Shown: in pieces, positions 36,538-46,705 of the stretch
How positions within the stretch are numbered: the first letter of the stretch is position 1
How the letters are laid out: each line of letters begins with the position of its first letter
Source: an uncultured Chitinophagales bacterium
GTDB lineage: Bacteria; Bacteroidota; Bacteroidia; Chitinophagales; UBA8649
Length of the DNA stretch: 49,057 nt
Direction: 5' to 3'
Assembly: GCA_964655225.1 (NCBI GenBank)
Contig: CAZZMB010000007.1
Location: 15,351 to 64,407, forward strand
The notes under the pieces: generated by a model
Told to the model about the DNA's origin: nothing
Database searches by the model: none
What the model saw: only the letters and a program-made list of their open reading frames with translations
Translations under genes and position numbers: made by a program

Positions 36538-37394
36538 AAAATACTAGCATAATGGTGAATAAAATAATGACTAGGTATCGCAGCTACACTTGTCGAATAG
36601 TTCAGTTTATTGGTTCGCTCAAGAGGGTTTAAGAATTTAACATATTGACTTAATATTTCGATGTGTGCAGAATCCTCAGGCATCATACCTGAGTAATAGA
36701 TCACACACCTTTCATTACTTAACCCCAGTTCATTTAAAACATTTAACAGATTGTAAACGATATCTTCTGAACTGATATATGGAAATGAATTATAAAATTG
36801 AAGACAACTTTCTTTATAGTAAAAAACGAATAACTCATCCCCATTAAAATGTACACCAAAAAATTCTTCCAGTTGTGTGAATTTAGCAAAATAATTAAGC
36901 AGTGAAACTTGGCTGATAGAATAGTGTACATTGATGAAATGTTTTGTCAATGATTCCTGCAGTAATTTAGGCAGAGCATATATGAATTGGTAATCAGTTG
37001 ACAAAATTGCTTCATTGGGAAAGGTGAAATTCCCAGAAGGTAAATCATGTACAAATCTGAGAAACTCTTCATTTTTACCTGTTATAAATAGCTCATTAGG
37101 CACCAGAGTAGCATATTTGGTATCTACTAAACAAACCGTTTTTTCAAAGGAATAGCCGAAAATCGAATGTGCTTTAAAAAAACGATCAAAATCTTGGTTT
37201 GTAAAATCATAAAGCTCCTTCTCAAATTCAAGAATATCGGTATGTAAGACCCGATTGCCTTGCTCATGAAAAACAGAAAAGGACAAACTGCGTTTGCCCC
37301 ATTCAATTATTAGAGTACTTTCCCTACTTTGGGATGGATTTGTAAAAATCAATTTATCTAGTTTATTCCCAATTTCCTTTATCTGTGGCTTCAA
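36534..37394 (-). CDS. DUF3822-family protein (start codon uncertain, possibly a downstream TTG near 37352)
   Basis: TLVPNELF and LQFYNSF-x5-EDIVY motifs; usual Bacteroidota position upstream of rsmD-coaD. Confidence 0.75.
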   Translation of the reverse strand: MKPQIKEIGNKLDKLIFTNPSQSRESTLIIEWGKRSLSFSVFHEQGNRVLHTDILEFEKELYDFTNQDFDRFFKAHSIFGYSFEKTVCLVDTKYATLVPNELFITGKNEEFLRFVHDLPSGNFTFPNEAILSTDYQFIYALPKLLQESLTKHFINVHYSISQVSLLNYFAKFTQLEEFFGVHFNGDELFVFYYKESCLQFYNSFPYISSEDIVYNLLNVLNELGLSNERCVIYYSGMMPEDSAHIEILSQYVKFLNPLERTNKLNYSTSVAAIPSHYFIHHYASIL

Positions 37395-37926
37395 CTACTG
37401 AACCCATTACTAAATCATCTTTCAATGACCAATATTCGCTTTTTAAATTTTTGAGGTATTTAACTTTAGGAGCACGTACTTCGTATACCGGGACTTTCAC
37501 TCTTTGAAGTTTTAAAATTCCTGCCTGCATCTCAAAATCTTCACCGGTCAATGGGATTTTTCGCAATGAATCTACATTTGAAGTGGTTGAAAGCTCAATT
37601 TTATCGTTGATATAATATTTTAAGGTATCATAAGTGGTAACTATAGAAGTATCATCTGCATTACCATTTATAACTATCTCCGTAATTAGATCATTTTTAA
37701 TACTGGCGATTAAGTCATCAAAATTACCTGCATATTCCCCTTTCGATTTGAAATAAAAACCTTGAGCAATGCGAACATCTTCCATACGCTCAGTGGTCAT
37801 TTTAAATCTTGCGTCATAATCTTCTTCAAATTGTACCGGATCCTGAATGATTTTGTAAAGCCAAAATCCTAAGCCAGCAACAATAATCCAAAGAACTCCT
37901 GTAATAGCAACTTTCCCTAATTTCAT
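37363..37926 (-). CDS. Conserved hypothetical protein with one N-terminal TM helix
   Basis: ATG 37926 MKLGK then a hydrophobic helix; I-x-DPVQF...DVRIAQ...DSLRKIP...GNWE pattern of a Bacteroidota family found upstream of DUF3822. Confidence 0.75.
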   Translation of the reverse strand: MKLGKVAITGVLWIIVAGLGFWLYKIIQDPVQFEEDYDARFKMTTERMEDVRIAQGFYFKSKGEYAGNFDDLIASIKNDLITEIVINGNADDTSIVTTYDTLKYYINDKIELSTTSNVDSLRKIPLTGEDFEMQAGILKLQRVKVPVYEVRAPKVKYLKNLKSEYWSLKDDLVMGSVVEATDKGNWE

Positions 37927-38072
37927 ATATTCTAGTCTTAAATTAATTCTATATTCAACCACAAAATAAAAACATTTTAAGAATATTTAGGTCAAAGTAC
38001 ATTCATTTTTTGTGTTTAGCCTATTTTAAGATACTTACAATGGTTAAAACTTCATGAATAAGGATGACAGTC

Positions 38073-38080
38073 TAAATTTG
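38073..38080 (+). promoter_or_regulatory. -7 promoter element for the MATE gene
   Basis: TAAATTTG upstream of ATG 38137. Confidence 0.45.
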
Positions 38081-38136
38081 GACCAAGGATTTAGCTGAAG
38101 AGCAAAATACTTTTAGTTTCTTTGTGCGCGGTATAA

Positions 38137-39474
38137 ATGATGAAGAACTTAAGCTATAGTTACAAGAGTATATTGAAAATTGCATTTCCGCTAATGGTCA
38201 GCAATTTCTTCTTCACCCTTATTGCGGTCACGGACATTGGCTTCATGCGAGAAATTGGGGTTACTGAACAAGCCGCAATCGGCTACATCTCCCTGCTATA
38301 CTTATTCTTTTTCATGGCTGGCTTCAGCTATACTCGTGGTGCCCAAATACTTATCGCCCAAAAAGATGGTCAAAACAAACACAAAGCTATTGGCTTAATA
38401 TTGGATAACATGTTGGTGGTATTGATGTTTGTTGCAACTTTACTTTGGGTCATTCTATTCATTTGGGGAAGAGCAATACTAGAAGCAATTCTTCAGGATC
38501 CTGACGTTATTGAAGCTTCTTATGCTTTTTTAAACATTAGAAAATGGGGATTCTTTGCTAGTTTTTTAGGGAGTGCGATGATTGCCTATTATTCTGGCAT
38601 CGGTCGAACTAAAATTTTAGCAGTTGCTATCATCACGATGTCTGTCAGTAATATTTTCATGAATTGGGTTTTGATTTTTGGCCACTTTGGATTTCCCGCT
38701 TTTGGAATAAAGGGGGCTGCTTATGCTAGTAATTTAGCTGAATTTCTTTCAACGGGCATCATGATTGCAGGCTTAGCCGTACTCAATTTGAGAGAGAAAA
38801 ATCATCTCTTTTATTTTCAGAAAATCACAAAAGACATCATTTCTAAAATCACAAATTTATCTTTCCCCTTAGTGGTTCAGACCTTGATAGGACTTGCTGC
38901 TTGGGTCGTCTTCTTTACTTTAATAGAGAAAATGGGCAAAGCAGAATTAGCCATTTCCAATAACGTTAAACAGATCTATACCCTTCTAGGGATTCCAACC
39001 TATGCTCTTGCCTCAAGCACAAATACTGTCATAGGTAATTTAGTCGGTCAGAAAAAGATTGATGAAATTATTCCTACGCTTAAGCGAATTATTCTAATCA
39101 GCAGTATATTAATTTTCCTCTTTACTTTACCAACTTTCATTTTCCCTAAAATTCTCTTAACCTTAATTTCTGAAAAAGGATTAGTAAAAGACTCTATCGG
39201 TCCTTTGTATGTTGCTTTAGTTGCCTTGTGGATGTATGGTTTCTCCACTATTTTGTTTAATTGCATAGCGAGTATAGGGGCTAGTTTACACAGCTTAATC
39301 GTTGAAACGATAACCATTATTGTCTACCTATTTTTTGTTTATATCATATTTTATATACTTGATGTAAATCTTACTGTTGCTTGGACCACAGAATTATTCT
39401 ATTGGGGTTCTCTAGCCCTTTTATCCCTGCTTTATTTGAGGTTCTTTAACTGGAAAAAGAATCTAAAACGCTAG
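38137..39474 (+). CDS. MATE-family efflux transporter
   Basis: About 12 hydrophobic segments; IAFPL, NWVLIFGHFGFPAFGIKGAAYA and IGNLVGQK motifs. Confidence 0.92.
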   Translation: MMKNLSYSYKSILKIAFPLMVSNFFFTLIAVTDIGFMREIGVTEQAAIGYISLLYLFFFMAGFSYTRGAQILIAQKDGQNKHKAIGLILDNMLVVLMFVATLLWVILFIWGRAILEAILQDPDVIEASYAFLNIRKWGFFASFLGSAMIAYYSGIGRTKILAVAIITMSVSNIFMNWVLIFGHFGFPAFGIKGAAYASNLAEFLSTGIMIAGLAVLNLREKNHLFYFQKITKDIISKITNLSFPLVVQTLIGLAAWVVFFTLIEKMGKAELAISNNVKQIYTLLGIPTYALASSTNTVIGNLVGQKKIDEIIPTLKRIILISSILIFLFTLPTFIFPKILLTLISEKGLVKDSIGPLYVALVALWMYGFSTILFNCIASIGASLHSLIVETITIIVYLFFVYIIFYILDVNLTVAWTTELFYWGSLALLSLLYLRFFNWKKNLKR

Positions 39475-40130
39475 ATATCGATAGGATGTCGCTGAAAGAA
39501 TGGGCGTTCATCTTCCGTATAAAGCTCTTGAGGCTTCACGAAGTCCTTATAAACATATAAAGCTAAAACAACACCAATAATTGCACCTGACAAGTGACCT
39601 TCCCAACTCACATTAGCTTGAACAGTAAATGGAGTAAGTCCCCAAATCATGCTGCCATACATAAGAATAATAAAAAAAGATAAGGCCATAGAATTTCTAT
39701 TGCCTTCTCTAACGCTTCCTACAAATAAGAAAAATGCCACAGCATAGATCAGGCCACTTGCCCCGATATGATTCGACCCACTTTGTCCTATAAACCATAG
39801 TATGATTCCCGAAGCTAGGTACATGATTAATAAATACAATAAGCTTTTTCGCGTGTGAAAAACAAACAAGCCGGTAAATAGAATTATAGCGCTAGAAGCA
39901 TTGGAGAGCAGGTGATTCCAGTCTCCATGTAAAAAAGGAAAAGTAAGTATACCGATTAAGCCCTCTGCTGATTTTGGTTTTAATCCATAATTCTCTAATC
40001 CAAGTTTAAACATATTATCAAGCAACTCTACAACAAACCAGATAAACACAATCAAAACAGACAATTTTAGTTTGAAATAAAATGATTGCCGTTCCTTTAA
40101 ATTCTTGATATTAGCACTTATATTAGCCAT
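39471..40130 (-). CDS. Rhomboid intramembrane serine protease
   Basis: FLHGDWNHLLSN, HIGASG (catalytic Ser) and SWEGHLSG (catalytic His) motifs. Confidence 0.92.
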   Translation of the reverse strand: MANISANIKNLKERQSFYFKLKLSVLIVFIWFVVELLDNMFKLGLENYGLKPKSAEGLIGILTFPFLHGDWNHLLSNASSAIILFTGLFVFHTRKSLLYLLIMYLASGIILWFIGQSGSNHIGASGLIYAVAFFLFVGSVREGNRNSMALSFFIILMYGSMIWGLTPFTVQANVSWEGHLSGAIIGVVLALYVYKDFVKPQELYTEDERPFFQRHPIDI

Positions 40131-40160
40131 TACTTCTAATTATATACAAAAACCTTACCC

Positions 40161-42623
40161 TTGAATAAATTTCGCTTTATCCTTACATTTTTGCTGACAA
40201 TTTGTCTAATAATTGCTTTAAATCTTAGAATAAACGGAAATCCAGCGTTTGGAAAGCTACTCAATCCATTCTCGGGCTTTTATAATTTAGGTGAAGATAG
40301 CAAAGACTTGCATTTACCAAGTCAAGTGCTGATTGAAGAGCTTGAAGGAGATGTAGATATCTATTTTGATGAACGACGAATTCCGCACATTTTTGCGCAA
40401 AATGAGCAAGACCTCTATTTTGCGCAAGGCTATGTAGTGGCTAGTCTTCGCCTGTGGCAAATGGAATTTCAGGTACTAGCTGCTGAAGGGAGAATAGCTG
40501 AATTACTTGGCCCTGGCGAGAATGATAAATTTGTAAAATTTGATAAGAAGCAACGACGATTAGGTCTAAAACTTGGTGCCCAAAACAAACTGCTCGTTAT
40601 AGAAGCAGACCCCTTCTCTAAAAACTTAATGAATCAGTTTACTGCAGGTGTTAATGCCTACATGAATAGCGTAAAGAAAAAAGACTTACCTATTGAATAT
40701 CAATTGATGGGTTATGCGCCTGAACCTTGGAGTTCGTATAAAACCGCTCTATTATTGATGAACATGAGTAATGTGCTGACGTCAACAGAATATGACATTG
40801 AGAATAGCAACTTCGCCAATAAATATGGGAAGTCTTTGTTTGACTCCTTATTCAATGATTATTCCGATCAATTAGAGCCAATTTTCCCTACACCCGAAAA
40901 AGGTTGGGAAGCCTCTTTCGAAAAAGATACTGCCTTGGAGATTATGAATCTCCCCGTGAATGCAGCAAATTTGGAAGATTTAGGTGCACTCTATGAAAAG
41001 AGTGATGTGCAAATTGGCAGTAATAATTGGGCTGTATCTGGCGCAAAAACAGCTTCGGGATATCCGCTATTGGCCAATGACCCTCACTTAAAATTATCAT
41101 TCCCCTCAGTATGGTTAGAAATGCATTTAAATGCTCCAAACTTAAATACTTACGGAGTAGTTTTCCCGGGAGCGCCTGGAATCATTATTGGGTTTAATGA
41201 CCATATAGGATGGGGAGTTACCAACGCTGGAAGAGATGTTAAAGATTGGTATAGCATAGAATATAAAGATGCTTCAAAAGACTTTTATAAATGGCAGGAT
41301 ACTTGGAGAGCAACTACTAAGATTTATGAAGAGTTTATAGTAAAAGACGGAAATCCTGTCTACGATACAATCATCATGACTCATTTGGGCCCAGTGGTTT
41401 ATGAAGACTTTGAGACTCAGGATGGATCCAAGAATTTTGCGCTGCAATGGATGGCTCATCAAGATGGTCAAGAATACATGACGTTTTACTTATTAAATAG
41501 AGCAAAGAACTTTGAAGACTATCTAGAAGCCTTGCAATATTATGAATGTCCTGCTCAGAACTTCGTTTTTGCTTGCGTTGATGGAGATATTGCCTTGCGT
41601 CAACAGGGAAAGTTTCCCGTGCTTGATGATAATCAAGGGGTGTTCTTCATGGATGGATCACAAAAAGAGGCATGGAGTGACTTCATTCCACACGATAAAA
41701 TTCCAATGATGCATAATCCAGATCGAGAATATGTCTACAGCGCCAATCAACATGTAGCCGACAGCACATATCCTTACTTCACCAACGGTGTTTTTGAATA
41801 TTACAGAAACAGAGTAATCAATAGGGAGTTGAAAGCGATGCATCAAGTCACAAAAGAAGATTTTAAAGCGCTGCAATTCAATGAATACAATTTAATGGCC
41901 GAAGAAGCTCTGCCTCTTTTATTGAGTTATCTCGACAGGGATTCCTTAGATGAAAAAGGGCGAAAAATATTCGATGCATTGAGGAAATGGGATTATGTAA
42001 ATGATCTAGATTCTAAAGAAGCGACTTACTTTCAATTGTTTAATGATGGATATTACACCTCGCTATGGGATGAATTCGTTGAGACAGAAGTTCCGGGAGG
42101 TTGGGATCCTTACAAATGGAAAGACGGCTGGAAAGCTCCTAATGAGTATCAGACCTATCGATTGCTTGCGGATAGCGTAAAGCACAGATTCATTGACATG
42201 GAAGGAACTGATGCCTTAGAAACAAGTGGCGAGCTAATTGAACAAGCTTTTGATGATGTTGTGAATCAATTGGATGATTTAGAAATTACGGAATGGGGAA
42301 AGTACAAAAACACCTTGATTGAGCATTTAGGAATGATACCCGCTTTCTCTACCAATTTAGATATTGGAGGTAACTATAAAATTGTTAATGCTTCGGGGAA
42401 ATTTCATGGACCTAGCTGGCGAATGATTTTAGATTTTGATGGCGGTAAGATAAAAGGTTATGGAGTTTATCCAGGCGGGCAAAGTGGTAATCCTGGAAGC
42501 AAGTATTACGATAACATGGTAAGAGAATGGGCAAATGGAGAATATCATGAATTAATAAATTCGAATGACCAATCCATTTATCAGCATGGTAATTATAAAA
42601 CTGTACGACTAAAAAAACAATAA
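40161..42623 (+). CDS. Penicillin acylase (S45 Ntn-hydrolase) family protein
   Basis: IPHIFA, FAQGY, GSNNWAV nucleophile site, ANDPHL, SANQ and PGGQSG motifs; TTG start. Confidence 0.93.
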   Translation: MNKFRFILTFLLTICLIIALNLRINGNPAFGKLLNPFSGFYNLGEDSKDLHLPSQVLIEELEGDVDIYFDERRIPHIFAQNEQDLYFAQGYVVASLRLWQMEFQVLAAEGRIAELLGPGENDKFVKFDKKQRRLGLKLGAQNKLLVIEADPFSKNLMNQFTAGVNAYMNSVKKKDLPIEYQLMGYAPEPWSSYKTALLLMNMSNVLTSTEYDIENSNFANKYGKSLFDSLFNDYSDQLEPIFPTPEKGWEASFEKDTALEIMNLPVNAANLEDLGALYEKSDVQIGSNNWAVSGAKTASGYPLLANDPHLKLSFPSVWLEMHLNAPNLNTYGVVFPGAPGIIIGFNDHIGWGVTNAGRDVKDWYSIEYKDASKDFYKWQDTWRATTKIYEEFIVKDGNPVYDTIIMTHLGPVVYEDFETQDGSKNFALQWMAHQDGQEYMTFYLLNRAKNFEDYLEALQYYECPAQNFVFACVDGDIALRQQGKFPVLDDNQGVFFMDGSQKEAWSDFIPHDKIPMMHNPDREYVYSANQHVADSTYPYFTNGVFEYYRNRVINRELKAMHQVTKEDFKALQFNEYNLMAEEALPLLLSYLDRDSLDEKGRKIFDALRKWDYVNDLDSKEATYFQLFNDGYYTSLWDEFVETEVPGGWDPYKWKDGWKAPNEYQTYRLLADSVKHRFIDMEGTDALETSGELIEQAFDDVVNQLDDLEITEWGKYKNTLIEHLGMIPAFSTNLDIGGNYKIVNASGKFHGPSWRMILDFDGGKIKGYGVYPGGQSGNPGSKYYDNMVREWANGEYHELINSNDQSIYQHGNYKTVRLKKQ

Positions 42624-42624
42624 A

Positions 42625-42996
42625 ATGAAAACAATTTTCAGCTTAATCCTTATGCTCATTCTAGGAATAATAGTATCATTATTCCTGCCCTGGTGGTCGA
42701 TTGCTTTGGTATGTTTTGCTGTTGCAATGTCTTGCTTAGACAATACCCGCGATGCTGCACTTGCGGGCTTTTTTTCCGTTTTTATTCTCTGGGGTTTTGT
42801 AGCCCTATTCAAAAGCTATCAAAACGATTTTATCTTGTTGACTAGAATGGCTGAATTGTTGTCAATACACAATGAACTATTACTAATCCTTAGTACAGCT
42901 TTTTTGGGAGGAGTTATTGGTATGATGAGTTCATTAAGTGGGGTATTTTTGCAATCCATCAATAAAAAACCTAGAAAGGAGAAGTATTACACCTAG
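42625..42996 (+). CDS. Hypothetical multi-pass membrane protein
   Basis: About 4 hydrophobic segments, LPWW motif; starts 1 nt after the acylase stop. Confidence 0.75.
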   Translation: MKTIFSLILMLILGIIVSLFLPWWSIALVCFAVAMSCLDNTRDAALAGFFSVFILWGFVALFKSYQNDFILLTRMAELLSIHNELLLILSTAFLGGVIGMMSSLSGVFLQSINKKPRKEKYYT

Positions 42997-43000
42997 GTTG

Positions 43001-44794
43001 TTAACGCTCTTCTATTTGAAGTTTGAGCAACTTTGCATAAAAACCTTCCTCATCCTTCAGTAAACGGCTGTGCGTGCCTCTTTCGACAATATCTCCTTGA
43101 TGCAATACCAATATCTCATCTGCACTTCTCACAGTGCTTAGTCTGTGGGCAATAATGAAGGTTGTTCTGTTTTGCATTAAGTTTTCTAGTGCATCCTGCA
43201 CTTGTTTTTCAGATTCTGCATCTAATGAGCTCGTTGCTTCATCTAAAACTAGAATTGCTGGGTTTTTGAGTATCGCTCTAGCAATTGCAACACGTTGTTT
43301 TTGTCCGCCAGAAAGCTGCACTCCACGTTCTCCTACCAAAGTGTCGAACTGCTCAGGGAAGCCCTCTATAAACTCCAAGGCATTAGCTTGTCTGGCCGCC
43401 TCTCTAACTTCCTCCATACGCGCATCCAATTTACCATAACGAATATTTTCTAGTATACTTCCCCCAAATAAGATTACCTCTTGGGGAACAATGCCGATGA
43501 TTTTTCGAATAGATTTTATCTCTAAATCTTTAATATTTTTATTGTCAACAAAAATATTCCCTTGTTCTAAATCATAAAATCTACTGAGCAATTTTACAAT
43601 AGTTGATTTACCCGAACCACTACTACCAACCAAGGCTATCTTTTGTCCTTTCTTCACGGTAAGACTTATTTTGTGTAAAACTTCAATATCGGGTCTTGTA
43701 GGGTAAGAAAAAACTACATTTTCATATCGAATCTCTTGCTCGAATTGAATACCTTTTACAGCACCTTCTTCAATGTTTAGTTCTTGATCTTCATCCAATA
43801 TTTCTTTAACCCTTTCCGTAGCGCCTAAAACGCCTAACAGCTCTGTATATTGATTGCCTAGTCCAGCGATAGAGCCTCCAATAACCATTGCATAAAATAT
43901 AAAGGCAGTTAACTCCTCCACTTCAATACTCCCCTGGTAAACTTGAATCCCACCCATCCATAAAATAAAAAACAGTGCACCGAATAAGCCTGTAATGATG
44001 AAGGTGAAAAACACACCTTTAGCTCGCGCATATTTTAACGCAATCTGCACTAGCTCATTCATTTTAGCACTATATCTATTCAACTCGAAACTTTCGTTTA
44101 CATAGGCTTTAACTGACTGAAAGGATTGAAACGTTTCGTCGACAATCACATTGGTTTGTGCTAAATACTCTTGTCTATCTTTAGATAGGCGTTTAATGTA
44201 TTTACCAAATATTATTGCAAGGATAATGACTAAAGGAAAAACTGCTAGCATAACTAAAGTCAGCTTAACCGAGTATAGCAACAGCAATATAACGCCAACG
44301 ACGAATATAATAATTTGGCGAAGAAATTCGGGCAAGGTAATCGAAAAAGCTTGTTGAAGTTTTTCGACGTCAGTTGACAACCTACTGACGACATCTCCCA
44401 CTCTATTTTTCTCGAAAAAAGCCATATTTTGAGCCAGTAGTTTATTATATAAATCCATTCGGATCTGTGCTAAACTATTCTCAGTTACAACGGCAAATAC
44501 ATTAACTCGAAGATAAGAGAGAATTCCTTGAGACAAGAGAATTCCAAGAAACAACCAGCCGTACTGGAAAATATTCATGTGAATATTTAGATAAGGAATT
44601 AATGTATCTCCTTTGGCAGCCTTCAACATTTGTCCAACGGCGGCAGGAACTACCATAAAAATCAAGCTGCTAAAAGCCAAAAAAATCAAGCCTAAAACGA
44701 AATAGCCCTTGTAAGGCTTTATGTATTTAAATAAATCTTGTGCAGATTGTAGTTGTTTCTTACTTGCTCGTTTTGGTCGCTGTGTTTTTTCCAT
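43001..44794 (-). CDS. ABC exporter, fused TMD+NBD (MsbA/ABCB-like)
   Basis: About 6 TM segments; GSSGSGKST, LSGGQKQR, LDEATS and IAHRLST motifs. Confidence 0.93.
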   Translation of the reverse strand: MEKTQRPKRASKKQLQSAQDLFKYIKPYKGYFVLGLIFLAFSSLIFMVVPAAVGQMLKAAKGDTLIPYLNIHMNIFQYGWLFLGILLSQGILSYLRVNVFAVVTENSLAQIRMDLYNKLLAQNMAFFEKNRVGDVVSRLSTDVEKLQQAFSITLPEFLRQIIIFVVGVILLLLYSVKLTLVMLAVFPLVIILAIIFGKYIKRLSKDRQEYLAQTNVIVDETFQSFQSVKAYVNESFELNRYSAKMNELVQIALKYARAKGVFFTFIITGLFGALFFILWMGGIQVYQGSIEVEELTAFIFYAMVIGGSIAGLGNQYTELLGVLGATERVKEILDEDQELNIEEGAVKGIQFEQEIRYENVVFSYPTRPDIEVLHKISLTVKKGQKIALVGSSGSGKSTIVKLLSRFYDLEQGNIFVDNKNIKDLEIKSIRKIIGIVPQEVILFGGSILENIRYGKLDARMEEVREAARQANALEFIEGFPEQFDTLVGERGVQLSGGQKQRVAIARAILKNPAILVLDEATSSLDAESEKQVQDALENLMQNRTTFIIAHRLSTVRSADEILVLHQGDIVERGTHSRLLKDEEGFYAKLLKLQIEER

Positions 44795-44851
44795 GCTTCA
44801 CTAAAGTAATGCCTTGTTATCAAATAGGACTTGAAATACAGTAATTTTATT

Positions 44852-45577
44852 TTAGAAAAGACTGGTCAAATCCTTTACACCAATGTGCCTTTGAGCAATG
44901 AAACCTTCAGCATATTTCACTCCGGCTATTTGCCCAAATTCTTGGTGACGGGCTTTCAAAAAATCAAGAAACTCAGGCGAGCTAATAAATGTATTTTTTT
45001 CTTTTGACTCGGGATCAAAGAATTGCGACTTAAACGCTAAAACTGCTTGCATTTTAACAGCATAGCTGTCTGATATGTCAACTACAAAGTCAGGTTTTAT
45101 GAACACAGATTGAATATAGTGATACACGTTCTTCGGACGCCATGCATTTTGAACTTTACCATTATGTTTGGTTTCAATTTTTGCTAATCCAGATAGAAAT
45201 GCTGCATCTGATGCTAATTGAGCTCCTTTCCCATGATCAGGATGTCGATCATGCGGAGCATTAATGAGTAAAATGTCAGGTTGATACTTACGAATAGCTG
45301 AAATTAATCTCAGTTGATGTGCTTTGTCATTTAAGAAAAATCCGTCTTCCATCTCTAGATTTTCTCGAACTGCTAATTTTAAAATCTTAGCTGCTTCATG
45401 CGACTCTTTGATTCGCAATGCTGGTGTACCTCGTGTACCTAATTGCCCGGTAGTCAAATCTATAATCCCTGTCTTCTTTCCAGCAAGGGCATGCTGATAC
45501 AAGGTCGCTCCACAGGATAACTCAGCATCATCTGGGTGCGCAGCTATTGCTAATATGTCTAGTTTCATCGAACTCAT
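44852..45577 (-). CDS. bshB1: Bacillithiol biosynthesis deacetylase (PIG-L family)
   Basis: AHPDDAEL, DLT-x-G-x-LGTRG, DRHPDH, SQF and YAEGF motifs. Confidence 0.88.
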   Translation of the reverse strand: MSSMKLDILAIAAHPDDAELSCGATLYQHALAGKKTGIIDLTTGQLGTRGTPALRIKESHEAAKILKLAVRENLEMEDGFFLNDKAHQLRLISAIRKYQPDILLINAPHDRHPDHGKGAQLASDAAFLSGLAKIETKHNGKVQNAWRPKNVYHYIQSVFIKPDFVVDISDSYAVKMQAVLAFKSQFFDPESKEKNTFISSPEFLDFLKARHQEFGQIAGVKYAEGFIAQRHIGVKDLTSLF

Positions 45578-46069
45578 CTACTCCTCTAGAAGGCTATCAA
45601 TGGCTCTTCTCACTTTACCCGAATTAGGATTGGTAATGGTATAGAAATAATCGATAACTTTTCCTTCCTTATTCACTAAAAATTTATGGAAGTTCCATTT
45701 TGGTGTAGAGTTTATTTCTCCATTTAAATCCTTATTGGATAAATATTGAAATAAAGGTGACGCGTTATCCCCTTTAACCTCTACTTTATCAAAAATTTTG
45801 AAGGTCACTCCATAATTAATTTCACAGAATTGACTCAACTCCTCACCTTCTAATGGTTCTTGATTTTGAAACTGATTACTTGGAAATCCAAGAATTTCAA
45901 AATCCTTATCCTTATAATCTTGATACAATGCCTCTAAGTCTTTGAACTGAGGAGTAAAACCACATTTAGATGCCGTATTCACTATAAGCAATACTTTTCC
46001 CTTGTAATCCCCTAAATCCTTTGAATGACCATTGATTTCTCTAACCGCTATATCGTGTATTGTTTGCAT
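45578..46069 (-). CDS. Cys-type glutathione-peroxidase-family peroxidase
   Basis: VNTASKCGFT, GFPSNQF-x2-QEP, FCEINYGV and KWNFHKFLV motifs. Confidence 0.93.
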   Translation of the reverse strand: MQTIHDIAVREINGHSKDLGDYKGKVLLIVNTASKCGFTPQFKDLEALYQDYKDKDFEILGFPSNQFQNQEPLEGEELSQFCEINYGVTFKIFDKVEVKGDNASPLFQYLSNKDLNGEINSTPKWNFHKFLVNKEGKVIDYFYTITNPNSGKVRRAIDSLLEE

Positions 46070-46073
46070 ATGC

Positions 46074-46661
46074 TTAATTTACAAATTCTATTAAATTTTC
46101 AACCATATTAAATGGTGTTTTTGTGGCAGCACCTTGCACCATCCAATCGGGAACACTTCCTCCAGGATCTGTTTGGTATTCTAGAACAACCTTTACCCCT
46201 TCGCTAGTTTTTAGTATTTCCCACGCTCCAAAGTAAATCGGAATTCGAGTTGCGTTATCTCTAAGTTCGATAAAGCTCGCCGCATTGGACATATCGATAC
46301 GCACACCATTTGAAATAGCTACTTTTTTGATTTTAATTACTAAATCTCTGTCAGCTGCAGGCCATGGAGAATCAAAAAGTCCGTAATAAATCAATTCATT
46401 ACTTCCATTCCGCTGAAGCACTTCTATTTTTGCACAATCGGGCACATAGCTCACATAATTTTCTACCTCAAAAACTGCTTTAACCACTTCATCGAAAGAG
46501 GCTTTGAATGTCGCAGTTACTTTTGATGCAGGCATACCATATTCCGCCGAACTTTTAGTATATACCTGAATACCATTTTTCTCTTTCTTGAGATTCCATT
46601 CTTGTGCTTGAATTCCGAAGATTATCATTAAACTGAAAATACTTGCAATTATTTTTTTCAT
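46074..46661 (-). CDS. Exported START-domain lipid-binding protein
   Basis: Signal ending IQA-Q; W-x-L-x-KEKNGIQVY, PWPAADRD and DPGGSVPDW motifs. Confidence 0.85.
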   Translation of the reverse strand: MKKIIASIFSLMIIFGIQAQEWNLKKEKNGIQVYTKSSAEYGMPASKVTATFKASFDEVVKAVFEVENYVSYVPDCAKIEVLQRNGSNELIYYGLFDSPWPAADRDLVIKIKKVAISNGVRIDMSNAASFIELRDNATRIPIYFGAWEILKTSEGVKVVLEYQTDPGGSVPDWMVQGAATKTPFNMVENLIEFVN

Positions 46662-46705
46662 AATTTCTATTTATAAACTTTTAAGATCCAATATTATGCC
46701 AAAAT

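Noticed and set aside
45578-46069. Selenocysteine Gpx
   Set aside because: The active-site codon is Cys (TGT); no in-frame TGA
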